From an uncultured Acidobacteriota bacterium (GTDB taxonomy: Bacteria; Acidobacteriota; Thermoanaerobaculia; Multivoradales; UBA5704): DNA of 64,000 nucleotides. The translations under genes were made by a program, and so were the position numbers. The stretch is taken from assembly GCA_963700145.1 (NCBI GenBank), contig OY969474.1:3616001-3680000 (forward strand), given 5' to 3'. Positions 17,923 to 27,581 of the stretch are shown here, one piece after another. Each line of letters begins with the position of its first letter. The stretch's first letter is position 1. The notes beneath the pieces are model-generated. The model was not told the DNA's origin and ran no database searches. It was given only the letters and a program-made list of their open reading frames with translations.

Positions 17923-19812
17923 CTAGTCGCCACGCGATTGAAGTACGGCTGCCATTCTGGTGAGTCGTTCAAACTCCTCGGAGTTGGGTCGAGCCATAGG
18001 GATCACGGCTCGATAATCCACCAGAGAAATCGTATTTTCAGGTGGCAGTGTATGGGCGATGAACTTGAACCCTAGAATGATCGCTGCAACGCGCTCGTCA
18101 AATAGCTCTACCCAGAACGGTCCGTGCTGTTCACTGAATTCGTGGCTCTTGGCCTTGACGAAGCGCTCAATATCCCGCTCTGAACCTATCTGGAAGGCGT
18201 AGGGGGACCCTACTTCGTGAATTCGTTCAAGAGAAATGAAGATTAGTCCGCGTCCCCGGCCCCCAGGCTCAATTCGCCTCTCCGTTTGTTCCCACGCCTT
18301 CTGAAGATTGGCGCGGATACTCGACCCACTGAATGGTCGCTTGCACTGAATGAGGAACTCTGTTCCCTCGAAGGTGAATTTCACATCATCGAATCCAGAA
18401 ATCGCGATCTCATTTGAGAGCAATTCCGCGGCTATCTCGAGTTCCAAGCGGCGATTTCGAGCTTCGTTAGTATTGGGGTCCTCTTCCTGCGGGCAAAGGG
18501 GCGCATTCAACGCCTTGCGCAGTGCCTCGCGAGGCAACCGGTGAGATGGCATCCTACTGAACTGGCGATGGATCTGCGTTAAGATCGATCCTTCCGTTAG
18601 GCTGTAGTAGGTGTTTCTATTGTCCCACAGCCTGAGAAATGAAGCCGGCTCGAGCGATGCGACATCTCGAATTATTCCTTCGAGGTTTGCTTCAATCTCC
18701 TCTAGAACTGTTCCGGCAGTCTGATAGCCAACAATTTTCTCATACCAAGTTCGGGCGACCTTGACTCCTGCGAGGATCTCAGCAAATCCGCGGCGAGTGT
18801 AATTGTTTGGCTTGTCTTTGGCGTCCATTTGGAACATCCCGCGCTTGTAGGAATCTATCGCCCCAATGAACGGAATGAAGCCTGCTAGGGCGGGAAGGAG
18901 GTACCGGGTGGTGGTGAGGAGCCCGACGGCGGCCGCGGCGGGGGCGGCGAGCCAGGGGCGGTAGAGAGCGATGAGGGCGGCGTCGCGGGTGCCGAGGCCG
19001 GCGAAGGTCAGGGGGACCAGGCCGGCGAGGATGGCGAGGGGGGCGAGGGCGAGGTTGACGAGCGGCGGGGTCCAGGCGCGGACGGCCAGGATGAACAGCC
19101 ACACCTGCTGGAACTGAACCCACCACAGGAGCAAGGAGAGGGCGGCGATCTCCGCCGCGCGGCGGGGCTGCGTGCGGAAGTGCTCTCTCACTTCCTGCCA
19201 GGCGGCGGCGAGGCGCGCCGCGCGCTCCTCGAAGCGCTTGGGGATGAGCACGCGGGCGGCGGAGAAGAGCAGGTGGGCGAAGCCGCGTGAGCCGAGCGCC
19301 AGGAGCCCGGCGGCGACCGCACCCAGCACCCCCCACGTGAGCAGTTGCATCGGCTGGCTCTTCTCGGGCAGCCAGAGCAGTCCTACGGCGCACCAGGCGA
19401 GGAGAGCCAAGACGTCGCAGGCCTTCTCGAAGACGACGAGCGAAAAGGCGAGGGAGCCGGACAGCTCGGCCTTGCCTTTCATGAACCAGCTTTTCGCCAG
19501 GTCGCCGGTCTTCGAGGGGAGGACGAGGTTCATCACGTCGGCGAGGAAGATCAGCCGGAGGGCGAAGCGATAAGGAAAGCCCGCGGGCCGCGGCACGAGG
19601 CGCTTCAGGCGCCAGGCCTGGAGGAGCTTGATCGGAAAGATGGCGAGGACGGAGACGGCGAGGAGGCCGGGATGGGCCTGCGCGAAGACGCGGCCGAGGC
19701 CGCGCAGGTCGAGCGTCCAGTAGACAACACCGAGAAAGACGAGGCTGATGGCTAGCGAGAGGAGCTGGCGCCCCCGCCCAGATCCTTCGCTTCGCTCAGG
19801 ATGACGGGCCAT
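17923..19812 (-). CDS. Lysylphosphatidylglycerol-synthase-TM (UPF0104) flippase fused in frame to a low-GC PD-(D/E)xK-like domain
   Basis: N-part LVLPSKTGDLAK, FEKACD, VPLTFAGLGTRD; abrupt GC drop near 18890; C-part ELEIAA...FDDVKF...LIQCKRP; may also be translated separately from ATG at 18837 or 18828. Confidence 0.7.
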   Translation of the reverse strand: MARHPERSEGSGRGRQLLSLAISLVFLGVVYWTLDLRGLGRVFAQAHPGLLAVSVLAIFPIKLLQAWRLKRLVPRPAGFPYRFALRLIFLADVMNLVLPSKTGDLAKSWFMKGKAELSGSLAFSLVVFEKACDVLALLAWCAVGLLWLPEKSQPMQLLTWGVLGAVAAGLLALGSRGFAHLLFSAARVLIPKRFEERAARLAAAWQEVREHFRTQPRRAAEIAALSLLLWWVQFQQVWLFILAVRAWTPPLVNLALAPLAILAGLVPLTFAGLGTRDAALIALYRPWLAAPAAAAVGLLTTTRYLLPALAGFIPFIGAIDSYKRGMFQMDAKDKPNNYTRRGFAEILAGVKVARTWYEKIVGYQTAGTVLEEIEANLEGIIRDVASLEPASFLRLWDNRNTYYSLTEGSILTQIHRQFSRMPSHRLPREALRKALNAPLCPQEEDPNTNEARNRRLELEIAAELLSNEIAISGFDDVKFTFEGTEFLIQCKRPFSGSSIRANLQKAWEQTERRIEPGGRGRGLIFISLERIHEVGSPYAFQIGSERDIERFVKAKSHEFSEQHGPFWVELFDERVAAIILGFKFIAHTLPPENTISLVDYRAVIPMARPNSEEFERLTRMAAVLQSRGD

Positions 19813-19875
19813 GGCGCCCTACCCTTCGACGTCATCCTGAGCGGAGCGAAGCGCAGCGAAGGATCTGGGCGGGGG
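19771..19875. repeat. REP-like element, copy 3, overlapping the flippase start
   Basis: cccccgcccagatccttcgcttcgctcaggatgac...gtcatcctgagcg...gcgaaggatctgggcggggg. Confidence 0.9.
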
Positions 19876-19889
19876 ACGCCTCGACACAC

Positions 19890-20942
19890 TCACCCGCTGT
19901 AGGGGAACTGCGCGCCGTACCAGCTCGTGGCGATCAGCCGCTCGGCCGCCGGTTTGCCGGAGAAGCGGTACCAGAGGTGAGTGTTGTAGACCAGCGCCAG
20001 GCGCGCCAGCACCTGGATCAGCGGCGTGTCGAAGAGGAGCGGCTTGAGCGGCGAGGCGCGGAGCTTCTTGTGGACGAAGCCGACGGCGTTGGCGCGCGGG
20101 CGGGCGAAGCGCTCGGGCGCGACGTCGTCGCCCACCACCTCGCCGTCGATCGAGCCCAACCCCTCGCGCTCGGCGTTGGCGAGGTAGCCGATCTCGCGCG
20201 GCTCGAAGCCCATGTGGCGGGCGGCGGCGGCGTCGGCGGCCACCAGGTCGTGCGAGGCGAGCACCAGGTCGGCGACGCGGATCGTGCCGGTGCGCGGGCC
20301 CTTCCCCTCCTGGACGACGGTGCCGTCGATCACGGCGAAGCTCGGCGCCAGCGCGCGGTTGATGTCCACGATCACGCGGTGGAGGACGGGGTGGAAGTTG
20401 TGGCGGAAGGTCGGCAGGCACCCCCACTGGTTCTTGAGCGCGGCGGTGATGGTCGAGAGGTGGTGGCACTTCATGACCGGCAGCGAGACCAGCGAGTCGG
20501 CCTCGAGGATCGCGCGCGGGAAGGCGAGCTTGCGCACCGCCAGGCCGTCGACCTCGACGTCCACCAGCTCCTCTCGCGACAGGTCCACGTACTCGACGCC
20601 GTACTTCGCCGCCAGCCGGTCGTAGCCCCAGCGCGGCGCCGCGCGGCGCACGTTGTCGGCGCCGACGATCTGCGAGTCGCCCATGCGGATGACCGCGCCG
20701 GGGAGCCCTTCGCGCAGGGTCCGCAGCACCCCTTCGATCACCCACGGCGAGGTGTTGGTCCCCGGCACCAGTGGGAAGGAGAGGGTGTTGATCTTGAGGA
20801 AGATGCGCTTGCCGGCGACGTGCCGCCGCCAGTCGGCCAGCTCCATGGCGCGGCGGACGGCCGCCTGGACCCCCTCCTCGCGCCGCACCCGCACCCGGGC
20901 CACGCGCGGCAGGGCGGGCTCGGGTCGCGTCGCAGGCTGCAT
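19890..20942 (-). CDS. DUF362 domain protein
   Basis: KRIFLKIN, NTSPWV, LVSLPVMKCH, TAALKNQWG, VIDG...EGKGP, SHDLVAAD. Confidence 0.85.
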   Translation of the reverse strand: MQPATRPEPALPRVARVRVRREEGVQAAVRRAMELADWRRHVAGKRIFLKINTLSFPLVPGTNTSPWVIEGVLRTLREGLPGAVIRMGDSQIVGADNVRRAAPRWGYDRLAAKYGVEYVDLSREELVDVEVDGLAVRKLAFPRAILEADSLVSLPVMKCHHLSTITAALKNQWGCLPTFRHNFHPVLHRVIVDINRALAPSFAVIDGTVVQEGKGPRTGTIRVADLVLASHDLVAADAAAARHMGFEPREIGYLANAEREGLGSIDGEVVGDDVAPERFARPRANAVGFVHKKLRASPLKPLLFDTPLIQVLARLALVYNTHLWYRFSGKPAAERLIATSWYGAQFPYSG

Positions 20943-20983
20943 GGTCGTCGTAGCATAGCGCCCGCCACCCCCATGAACCCGCG

Positions 20984-21946
20984 ATGAAGCTGGTCATCCA
21001 GATCCCCTGCTACAACGAGGCGGAGAGCCTGCCGGCGACGCTCGCGGCGCTGCCGCGCCAAGTGCCGGGGATCGACCGCGTCGAGTGGCTGGTCGTCGAC
21101 GACGGCTCGACCGACGCGACCGCCGAGGTGGCGCGCGCGCACGGCGTCGATCACGTCGTCCGCTTGTCGTCGAACCAGGGCCTGGCGCGCGCCTTCATGG
21201 CCGGGCTCGAGGCCGCGGTGCGCGCCGGGGCGGACGTCATCGTCAACACCGACGCCGACAACCAGTACGACGCCGCCGACATCCCGAAGCTGATCGAGCC
21301 GATCCTGGCGGGTCGCGCCGAGATCGTCGTCGGCGCGCGCCCGATCGCCGAGATCGCCCACTTCTCGCCGGCCAAGAAGCTGCTGCAGAAGCTGGGCAGC
21401 GCGGTGGTGCGCCTGGCCAGCCGCACCGAGATCCCCGACAGCCCGAGCGGCTTCCGCGCCATCAGCCGGGCGGCGGCGCTGCAGATCAACGTCTTCTCCG
21501 AGTACACCTACACGCTCGAGATGGTCATCCAGGCCGGGCAGAAGAACATCCCGATCACCTGGGTGCCGGTGCGCACCAACCCCGACCTGCGGCCGTCGCG
21601 GCTGGTCAAGGGGCTCGGCGACTACGTCCGCCGCTCGATCTTCACCATCTTCCGCATCACCCTGCTCTACCGGCCGCTGCGCTCCTTCTTCTGGGCCGGC
21701 GCGGCGCTCGTTTTCCCGGGGTTCCTGCTCCTCGTGCGCTGGCTCGTCTTCTATCTCCAGGGCTCGGACCGGGTGCGCGCGCCGAGCCTCATCCTGGCGG
21801 CGATCCTGGTCCTCGCCGGCTGCCAGCTCTGGACGCTCGGCTTCCTCGCCGACCTCATGGCCGCCAACCGGCGCCTGCTCGAGGACGTGCAGCTCCGCCT
21901 GCGGCGGATGGAGGCGGGAACGGAGAAGAGCGGGGCGGGGGAGTGA
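20984..21946 (+). CDS. Glycosyltransferase family 2 (polyprenol-phosphate glycosyltransferase-like)
   Basis: [30 protein letters not shown], two C-terminal TM helices. Confidence 0.93.
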   Translation: MKLVIQIPCYNEAESLPATLAALPRQVPGIDRVEWLVVDDGSTDATAEVARAHGVDHVVRLSSNQGLARAFMAGLEAAVRAGADVIVNTDADNQYDAADIPKLIEPILAGRAEIVVGARPIAEIAHFSPAKKLLQKLGSAVVRLASRTEIPDSPSGFRAISRAAALQINVFSEYTYTLEMVIQAGQKNIPITWVPVRTNPDLRPSRLVKGLGDYVRRSIFTIFRITLLYRPLRSFFWAGAALVFPGFLLLVRWLVFYLQGSDRVRAPSLILAAILVLAGCQLWTLGFLADLMAANRRLLEDVQLRLRRMEAGTEKSGAGE

Positions 21947-23361
21947 GCGCGGCGCCGGTCTGGGAGCGCTTCCGCCGCGAGGTGATCGACCCCGGCAACT
22001 GCATGCACTGCGGCGCCTGCGTCGGGCTGGCGCCTGAGCTGCTCGAATTCACCGAGACGGACCGCGGACCGCTGCCGCGGCCGCGCCGGGCGCTCGGCGC
22101 CGCGGATGACGAAGCGCTCCGCCTCGCCTGGGCGGTCTGCCCGGGCCGCGGCGTTCCCTACCCCGAGCTGTTCTCTTTTCTCGGCTACCCCGTGGACGGC
22201 CCCGCCCGGCTCCTCGGCCCGCACCTGAAGCTCTGGACCGGCCACGCCGCCGAGCCCGAGGTGCGGCGGCGCGGCGCCTCGGGCGGGGTGATCAGCCGCG
22301 TGCTGATCCATCTCCTGGAGTCGGGCGCCGTGCAAGGGGCGGTCGTGCTGCGGCAGGGGGCGCGCGGGCCGGAGGCGGCGGCGCCGGTCATCGCCACGAC
22401 GCGCGAGGAGGTGCTGGCGGCGGCGCAGAGCGTCTACGCGGTGACCCCGGTGCTCGACCTCCTCCCTGCGATGGCCGTCTTCCCCGGCCGGCTCGCCTTC
22501 GTCGGCCTCCCCGAGCAGGTGGCGGCGCTGCGCCTGCTGCAGGCGGCGGGGCACCCGGCGGTGCGCAAGGTGGACTTCGTCCTCGGACCCTACGTCGGCA
22601 CCAACATGTACCGCGGCGCGGTGCGCGCCTTCCTGCGCGCGCAGGGGATCCCGGACGAGGTGCCGATCACGCGGCTGGAGTGGCGGGCGGGGGAGTGGCC
22701 GGGGCACCTGCGCGTCGAGACCGCCGACGGCCGGGTGCTCACGGCGCAGAAGTTCTATTACAACTACCTCATCCCCTTCTACGCCTCGCGCAACTGCCAG
22801 ATCACTCCCGACTTCGCCAACGAGGCGACCGACCTCTCGGTCGGCGACGCCTGGTCGCCGGAGCTGGAGGCGGCCGGCGGCGGCTGGTCGGTCGTGGTCG
22901 GGCGGAGCGCGCGCGCGGTCGCGCTGGTCGAGGAGATGGCGGCGCGCGGGCTCCTCGTCCTCGAGCCCCTCGCTTTCGAGCGCGCCGCGGCGATGCACGG
23001 CCACATGATCGACTTCAAGAAGCGCGGCACCTTCGTGCGGCTCGACGCGCAGCGGCGGCGCGGGCTGCCGGTGCCGGAGTACGGCTACCGGCCGGCCTCG
23101 GTCCCGCGCGACCGGCGGCTCGTCGAAGGAGTGATCCGCGCCGCCTTCGCGGTCGGCCGCCGGCGCTGGGCGCGCCGGCTCGTCGAGGCGTTGCCGCTCG
23201 GCGTTGTCGGGCCCGCCTTCAACGCCCTGCGCAAGGGGTGGAAGCAGGCCTCGAAGCCGACCAAGCGGAAGGGGCTGGCGGAGGTCGAGTTCGTGGTGAC
23301 GCCGCAGCCGGAGCGCTGGCGCGAGGTGCTCTCGGCGGGACGCGAAGGGGCGGCGGCGTGA
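21943..23361 (+). CDS. FrhB/coenzyme F420 hydrogenase beta-subunit-like Fe-S protein
   Basis: CMHCGACV and VCPG ferredoxin-like N-terminus; RGASGGVIS; DLSVGDAW; GWSVVVGRS; GTG overlaps the GT2 stop. Confidence 0.8.
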   Translation: MSAAPVWERFRREVIDPGNCMHCGACVGLAPELLEFTETDRGPLPRPRRALGAADDEALRLAWAVCPGRGVPYPELFSFLGYPVDGPARLLGPHLKLWTGHAAEPEVRRRGASGGVISRVLIHLLESGAVQGAVVLRQGARGPEAAAPVIATTREEVLAAAQSVYAVTPVLDLLPAMAVFPGRLAFVGLPEQVAALRLLQAAGHPAVRKVDFVLGPYVGTNMYRGAVRAFLRAQGIPDEVPITRLEWRAGEWPGHLRVETADGRVLTAQKFYYNYLIPFYASRNCQITPDFANEATDLSVGDAWSPELEAAGGGWSVVVGRSARAVALVEEMAARGLLVLEPLAFERAAAMHGHMIDFKKRGTFVRLDAQRRRGLPVPEYGYRPASVPRDRRLVEGVIRAAFAVGRRRWARRLVEALPLGVVGPAFNALRKGWKQASKPTKRKGLAEVEFVVTPQPERWREVLSAGREGAAA

Positions 23362-24953
23362 CCGCGCGCGCGGCGCTCGCCGACTACGCGCGGCGGCAGC
23401 TCCCGCGCGTCCTGACGCAGATGGACCGCGACCCGGACTCCCCGACTTTCGGCTGCTTCGACCGCCACCACTGGCACTACAAGGTGCGCGACTTCCCGTC
23501 GGCCATCCTGCAGCAGGGGGCGTGGGCGGTCGAAGCGCTGCGGCGCGGCTGGTTGCCGCCGCCGGGGAACGGCGCGGCCGACGGCGCGACGGTCGAGCGC
23601 TGGGCGGTGGCGGCGGTCAACGCTCTCGGCCGCATGGTCGACCGGCGCGGCGGCGTCGACGAGTACTACCCCTTCGAGCGCAGCTTCCCCGCCGCCGCCT
23701 TCGGCCTCTGGACCGCGGCGCGGCTCGCCACCGACTGGCGTGCCGAGGCGCCGCACCTGCTCGACAGGATCGACTGGCCACCGCTGGCGCGCCTGGCGCG
23801 GGCGCTCGGCCGCCGCGCCGAGACCGAGGCCGCGAACCAGCAGGCGGCGGCGCTCGCCGGCCTGGCGCTGGCGGCGGGGGAGGAGCGCTTCGGCCTCGCG
23901 CGCGGCGCCGCCGAGCCGCACGCCGCGCGCCTCTTCGCCAGCCAGCACGCCGAAGGGTGGTTTCCCGAGTACGGCGGCCCCGACTTCGGCTACCTCACGG
24001 TCACCCTCGACGCCCTGGCCGACTACGAGGAGGCGACCGGCGACCCGCGCGCCGCCGCCGCGGCGGAGCGCGCGGTGGAGTTCCTCGCGGCGCTCGTCGG
24101 CGCCGACGGGCGCCTCCCCTCGACCCTCAACAGCCGCAACACCGACTACGTCGTCCCCTACGGCCTGGCCCGTGCTGCCGCCCGCTCGCCGCGCGCCGCC
24201 TGGCTGGTCGAGACCCTCTTCGCCGGCGCCGCCGACCCGGCGCACTTCCTCGCCGCGACCGACGACCGCTACCACGCGCACTACGTCGGCGCGAGCTGCC
24301 TGCGCGCGCTGCCGCACCTCGAAAGGCTGGCGCCGCCGGAGGCGCCGCCGCAACGGGGCGCCGTCTGGTTCCCCGGCTGCGGCCATCTCGCGCACCACGC
24401 GGCGGACGGGAGCTGGACCGCCTACGTGGCGGCGAAGAAGGGCGGCGTCGTGCGCGTCCACCGGCGCGGTGCGCCGCCGCTGGCCGAGCACGGCTGGCGG
24501 GTGGGCGAGGGAGAGAAGTTGTGGACGAGCAACTGGTGGTCGGACGACTGGCAGGTGGAGAAGGAGGACACCGCGGTGACGGTGCGCGGCCGGATGCACG
24601 CGGCGGGCTTTCTGGTGCCGACGCCGCCCAAGCACGCCGCCCTCCGCTTCCTCGCGTGGCTCTTCGGCCCGCGCCTCCTGCCCTGGCTGCGGCGGCGTCT
24701 GATCTTCCGCCCGCACGCCGCCACCGGCCCGCGGTTCGAGCGGCGCGTCGAGGTCTCGGACGCCGGAGTCGCGGTGCGCGACCGGATCGAAGGGGCGGCC
24801 GGTCTCACCCCGCGCCGCGCCCCCCGCCAGAACCTCCGCCACGTCGCCAGCGCCGACAGCTTCAGCCCCGAGGAATTGGCGGCGGGGCTCGTGGGGACGA
24901 TGGATTTGGATTCGGACGGGATCCTTCGGGCAACTTGGACGTGGACCAAGTAA
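23358..24953 (+). CDS. Hypothetical (alpha/alpha)-toroid protein, heparinase/lyase-like, in the glycosylation operon
   Basis: Host codon usage, GTGA coupling; [34 protein letters not shown] motifs. Confidence 0.6.
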   Translation: MTARAALADYARRQLPRVLTQMDRDPDSPTFGCFDRHHWHYKVRDFPSAILQQGAWAVEALRRGWLPPPGNGAADGATVERWAVAAVNALGRMVDRRGGVDEYYPFERSFPAAAFGLWTAARLATDWRAEAPHLLDRIDWPPLARLARALGRRAETEAANQQAAALAGLALAAGEERFGLARGAAEPHAARLFASQHAEGWFPEYGGPDFGYLTVTLDALADYEEATGDPRAAAAAERAVEFLAALVGADGRLPSTLNSRNTDYVVPYGLARAAARSPRAAWLVETLFAGAADPAHFLAATDDRYHAHYVGASCLRALPHLERLAPPEAPPQRGAVWFPGCGHLAHHAADGSWTAYVAAKKGGVVRVHRRGAPPLAEHGWRVGEGEKLWTSNWWSDDWQVEKEDTAVTVRGRMHAAGFLVPTPPKHAALRFLAWLFGPRLLPWLRRRLIFRPHAATGPRFERRVEVSDAGVAVRDRIEGAAGLTPRRAPRQNLRHVASADSFSPEELAAGLVGTMDLDSDGILRATWTWTK

Positions 24954-25068
24954 GTCATCCCGAGCGAGAGCGAGGGATCTGGGCGGGGGGCGGTGCGTGA
25001 AAGGCGCGGGTCCAGAAGGTGTCCGCGCCACCCCTGCCCCCAGATCCCTCGCTCTCGCTCGGGATGAC
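24954..25068. repeat. REP-like element, copy 4
   Basis: gtcatcccgagcgagagcgagggatctggg...cccagatccctcgctctcgctcgggatgac, filling the whole intergenic space. Confidence 0.9.
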
Positions 25069-26841
25069 ATGCGAGGCGGGCCGCCGCGGCCCCGGCCCCG
25101 GCTTTTTTCCCACCCGATCTTCCTCGCCCTCCTCCTCGCCCTCCCCCTCTTCGCCTGGGGCATCTCCTGGGGTCTCCCCAGCCGCCTCGGCTGGGCGGGC
25201 GACGAGATCATGCCGCGCGCCGTCGAGCAGGCCGCGCGCCGCGGCTTCGCCGGCGGCTGGCACACCAAGTACCCGCCCGTCCACTACATGGTCCTCGCCG
25301 CCCTCCACGCGCCGGTCCGCGCGCTCGCCGGCGACGACGTCTCGCCCGCCGAGCTCAATCACCGCCTGATCCTCGCCAGCCGCTGGCTCTCGGTCCTGAT
25401 GGCCCTCGGCGCCGTCTGGGCCGTCTACCGCGCGGCGCGCGAGCTGACCGACCGCCGCGGCGCCGCCCTCGCCGCCCTCGCCGTCGCGCTCGCGCCGCCC
25501 TTCGTCTACTTCGCCAAGACCGCCAACCCCGAGATGCCGATGCTCTTCTGGCTGGCGCTCTCCCTTTGGCTCTACCTCCGCGTCCTCCGCCGCCACCGCC
25601 TGCGCGACTGGCTCCTCCTCGCCGCCACTGCCGCACTCGCCGTCGGCTCCAAAGACCAGGCCTACGGCTTCTACCTCCTTGCTCCCCTCGCCCTCCTCCC
25701 CTCCCTAGCCCGCCACCGCCGCGCCGAAGGCAAGCCCGGCGGCCCAAGCACCCTCCTCGACCGCCGCGTCCTCCTAGCCGTCGCCGCCGGCCTCGTCGCC
25801 TTCGCTCTAGCCTTCAATCTGCCGGCGAACTGGCAAGGCTTCCAGCGCCATCTCAACACCCTAACCGGCGCCGGCGCCGCCTCCGAAGAGGCCCAGGAGT
25901 ACCCAGCCACCGTAGCCGGCCACCTAGCCAACCTGACCCAGAACCTCCGCCACCTGGTTTTCTGCCTAGGTGGGCCCCTCTTCGTCCTGACCGTGGCAGG
26001 CGCCGCCTTCGCCCTAGCCCGCCCCCGCGACCCGAGTCACCGCCGTCTCCTAGCCCTCCTCCTCCTAAGCCTCTCCTACACCGCCACCTTCCTAGCCCCT
26101 ATCCTTTTCAGCCGCGACCGCTACACCCTCCCGCTAGCCCTAGTCCTAACCCCCTGCGCCGGCGCACTTCTCACGCGCCTCCTCGCCAAGTCCCGCGGCT
26201 CAACTCACTACCTCCTCGCCGCCGCCCTGACCATCGTCTTCGCCTGGAGCGCCCTCCGCGCTGTCTCCGTCAACCGCCGCATGACCCACGACTCCCGCTA
26301 CCAAGCCGAGACCTGGCTCTCCACCCACCCCGGCCGCCCCATCGCCATAGGCCGCCCCAAACACGTCCCCCGCATCGCCCGCGTCGATTGGCGCAAAGTC
26401 CACCGCGCAGAAAACGCCCGGCACGTAGGCCGGGCGCTACGCAACGCCGACTACATCGTCATCAACGTAACCGACCTCCGCACCCCAGCCGAGCGACGCG
26501 TCTACGAAGAACTCCTCTCCGGCAACCTCGGCTACCACCTAGCCCATCGCTTCCGTTGGACCTCGAAGTGGGACGTCCTCTCAACGCGATGTGTCCTCAG
26601 CACCCTCGACCTGGTGAACCCGCACCTAGCCGTTTTTTCCAGGCAGGAGAAAACGGTGCCGGGCGGTTCGCGGGGTGCTCCTCCGGGGAGCTCTTCGCAA
26701 GCGCCGGCAATGTTCCTCGCAGGCCGCAGTCGATCCGGCGCGCAGCGAAGCGCAGCCGCGCGCCTCCCCGCGGCAGTCCTCTTGGCGCGCGGCGGTCCCC
26801 GGAGGAGCACCCCGCGAACCGCCCTCTCGCTAACCCCTTAG
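25069..26841 (+). CDS. GT-C (GT39/ArnT-like) membrane glycosyltransferase with repeat-derived C-terminal tail
   Basis: WGLPS..WAGDE, KYPPVHY, multiple TM helices, SKDQAY; last ~60 codons run through the 26661-26824 element. Confidence 0.8.
   Translation: MRGGPPRPRPRLFSHPIFLALLLALPLFAWGISWGLPSRLGWAGDEIMPRAVEQAARRGFAGGWHTKYPPVHYMVLAALHAPVRALAGDDVSPAELNHRLILASRWLSVLMALGAVWAVYRAARELTDRRGAALAALAVALAPPFVYFAKTANPEMPMLFWLALSLWLYLRVLRRHRLRDWLLLAATAALAVGSKDQAYGFYLLAPLALLPSLARHRRAEGKPGGPSTLLDRRVLLAVAAGLVAFALAFNLPANWQGFQRHLNTLTGAGAASEEAQEYPATVAGHLANLTQNLRHLVFCLGGPLFVLTVAGAAFALARPRDPSHRRLLALLLLSLSYTATFLAPILFSRDRYTLPLALVLTPCAGALLTRLLAKSRGSTHYLLAAALTIVFAWSALRAVSVNRRMTHDSRYQAETWLSTHPGRPIAIGRPKHVPRIARVDWRKVHRAENARHVGRALRNADYIVINVTDLRTPAERRVYEELLSGNLGYHLAHRFRWTSKWDVLSTRCVLSTLDLVNPHLAVFSRQEKTVPGGSRGAPPGSSSQAPAMFLAGRSRSGAQRSAAARLPAAVLLARGGPRRSTPRTALSLTP
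26661..26824 (+). repeat. ~165 nt long-stem element A (MITE-like or structured RNA)
   Basis: 29-bp perfect inverted arms (26661-26689/26796-26824); interior homologous to element B. Confidence 0.8.
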
Positions 26842-27575
26842 AGGAAGAGCCCCTGAATGGTCCCTTGGATTTCTTTCGCTTTTTGGTAGGGATCAGAAGC
26901 CTTCCGAATCGGCCGCCCCACCACGATGTAATCCGCCCCCGACAAAAACGCCTCCTCCACGCTAACCACCCGCTTCTGGTCATCCACAGCCCGGTTCTCC
27001 ACCGGCCGAATCCCCGGCACAACAACCAGAAGCTTCTCCCCAAGCTCCTCCCGCAGAGCCCGAGCCTCCAACCCAGAAGCCACCACCCCATCACACCCGA
27101 TCGCCAACGCCCGCCGCGCCCGCGACAACACCAACTCCTCCACGTCCACCCGAAACCCCAGATCCTCCAGGTCCCCCCGATCCAAGCTAGTCAGCGCCGT
27201 AACCGCCAGCACCTTCAACCCCTCCCCCCGCTCCCGGCAAGCCGCCTCCAGCATCCCGTCGTTCCCGTGCACCGTCGTCAGCGCGATCCCCCGCCCCGCC
27301 AGCCGCCGCACCGCCGCCCCCACCGTCTCCGGCACGTCGAACAGCTTGAAATCCGCGAACACCTTCGCGCCGCGCCCGTGCAGCCAGTCGATCAGCGCGA
27401 ACGCCTCGCCCGTCATGAACAGCTCCAGCCCCACCTTGTAGAACGACACAGCCTCGCGCAACGTCTCGACGAGCCGCCGCGCCTCCGCCACTTCGGGCAC
27501 GTCGAGGGCGAAGATCAACCGCTCTTCGGGGGGGATCTCCTTGGTCGAGAGGAAGTGCGGATCGGGCGCGCTCAC
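26838..27575 (-). CDS. pyrF: Orotidine-5'-phosphate decarboxylase
   Basis: LIFALD, YKVGLEL, FADFKLFDVPETV, VTALTS, VPGIRP, DDQKR, ADYIVVGRPI. Confidence 0.97.
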   Translation of the reverse strand: MSAPDPHFLSTKEIPPEERLIFALDVPEVAEARRLVETLREAVSFYKVGLELFMTGEAFALIDWLHGRGAKVFADFKLFDVPETVGAAVRRLAGRGIALTTVHGNDGMLEAACRERGEGLKVLAVTALTSLDRGDLEDLGFRVDVEELVLSRARRALAIGCDGVVASGLEARALREELGEKLLVVVPGIRPVENRAVDDQKRVVSVEEAFLSGADYIVVGRPIRKASDPYQKAKEIQGTIQGLFL

Positions 27576-27581
27576 GGCCCG

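Noticed and set aside
21943-23361. Evidence for a hydrogenase or methanogenesis
   Set aside because: Lone FrhB-like gene without NiFe subunits, in a glycosylation operon
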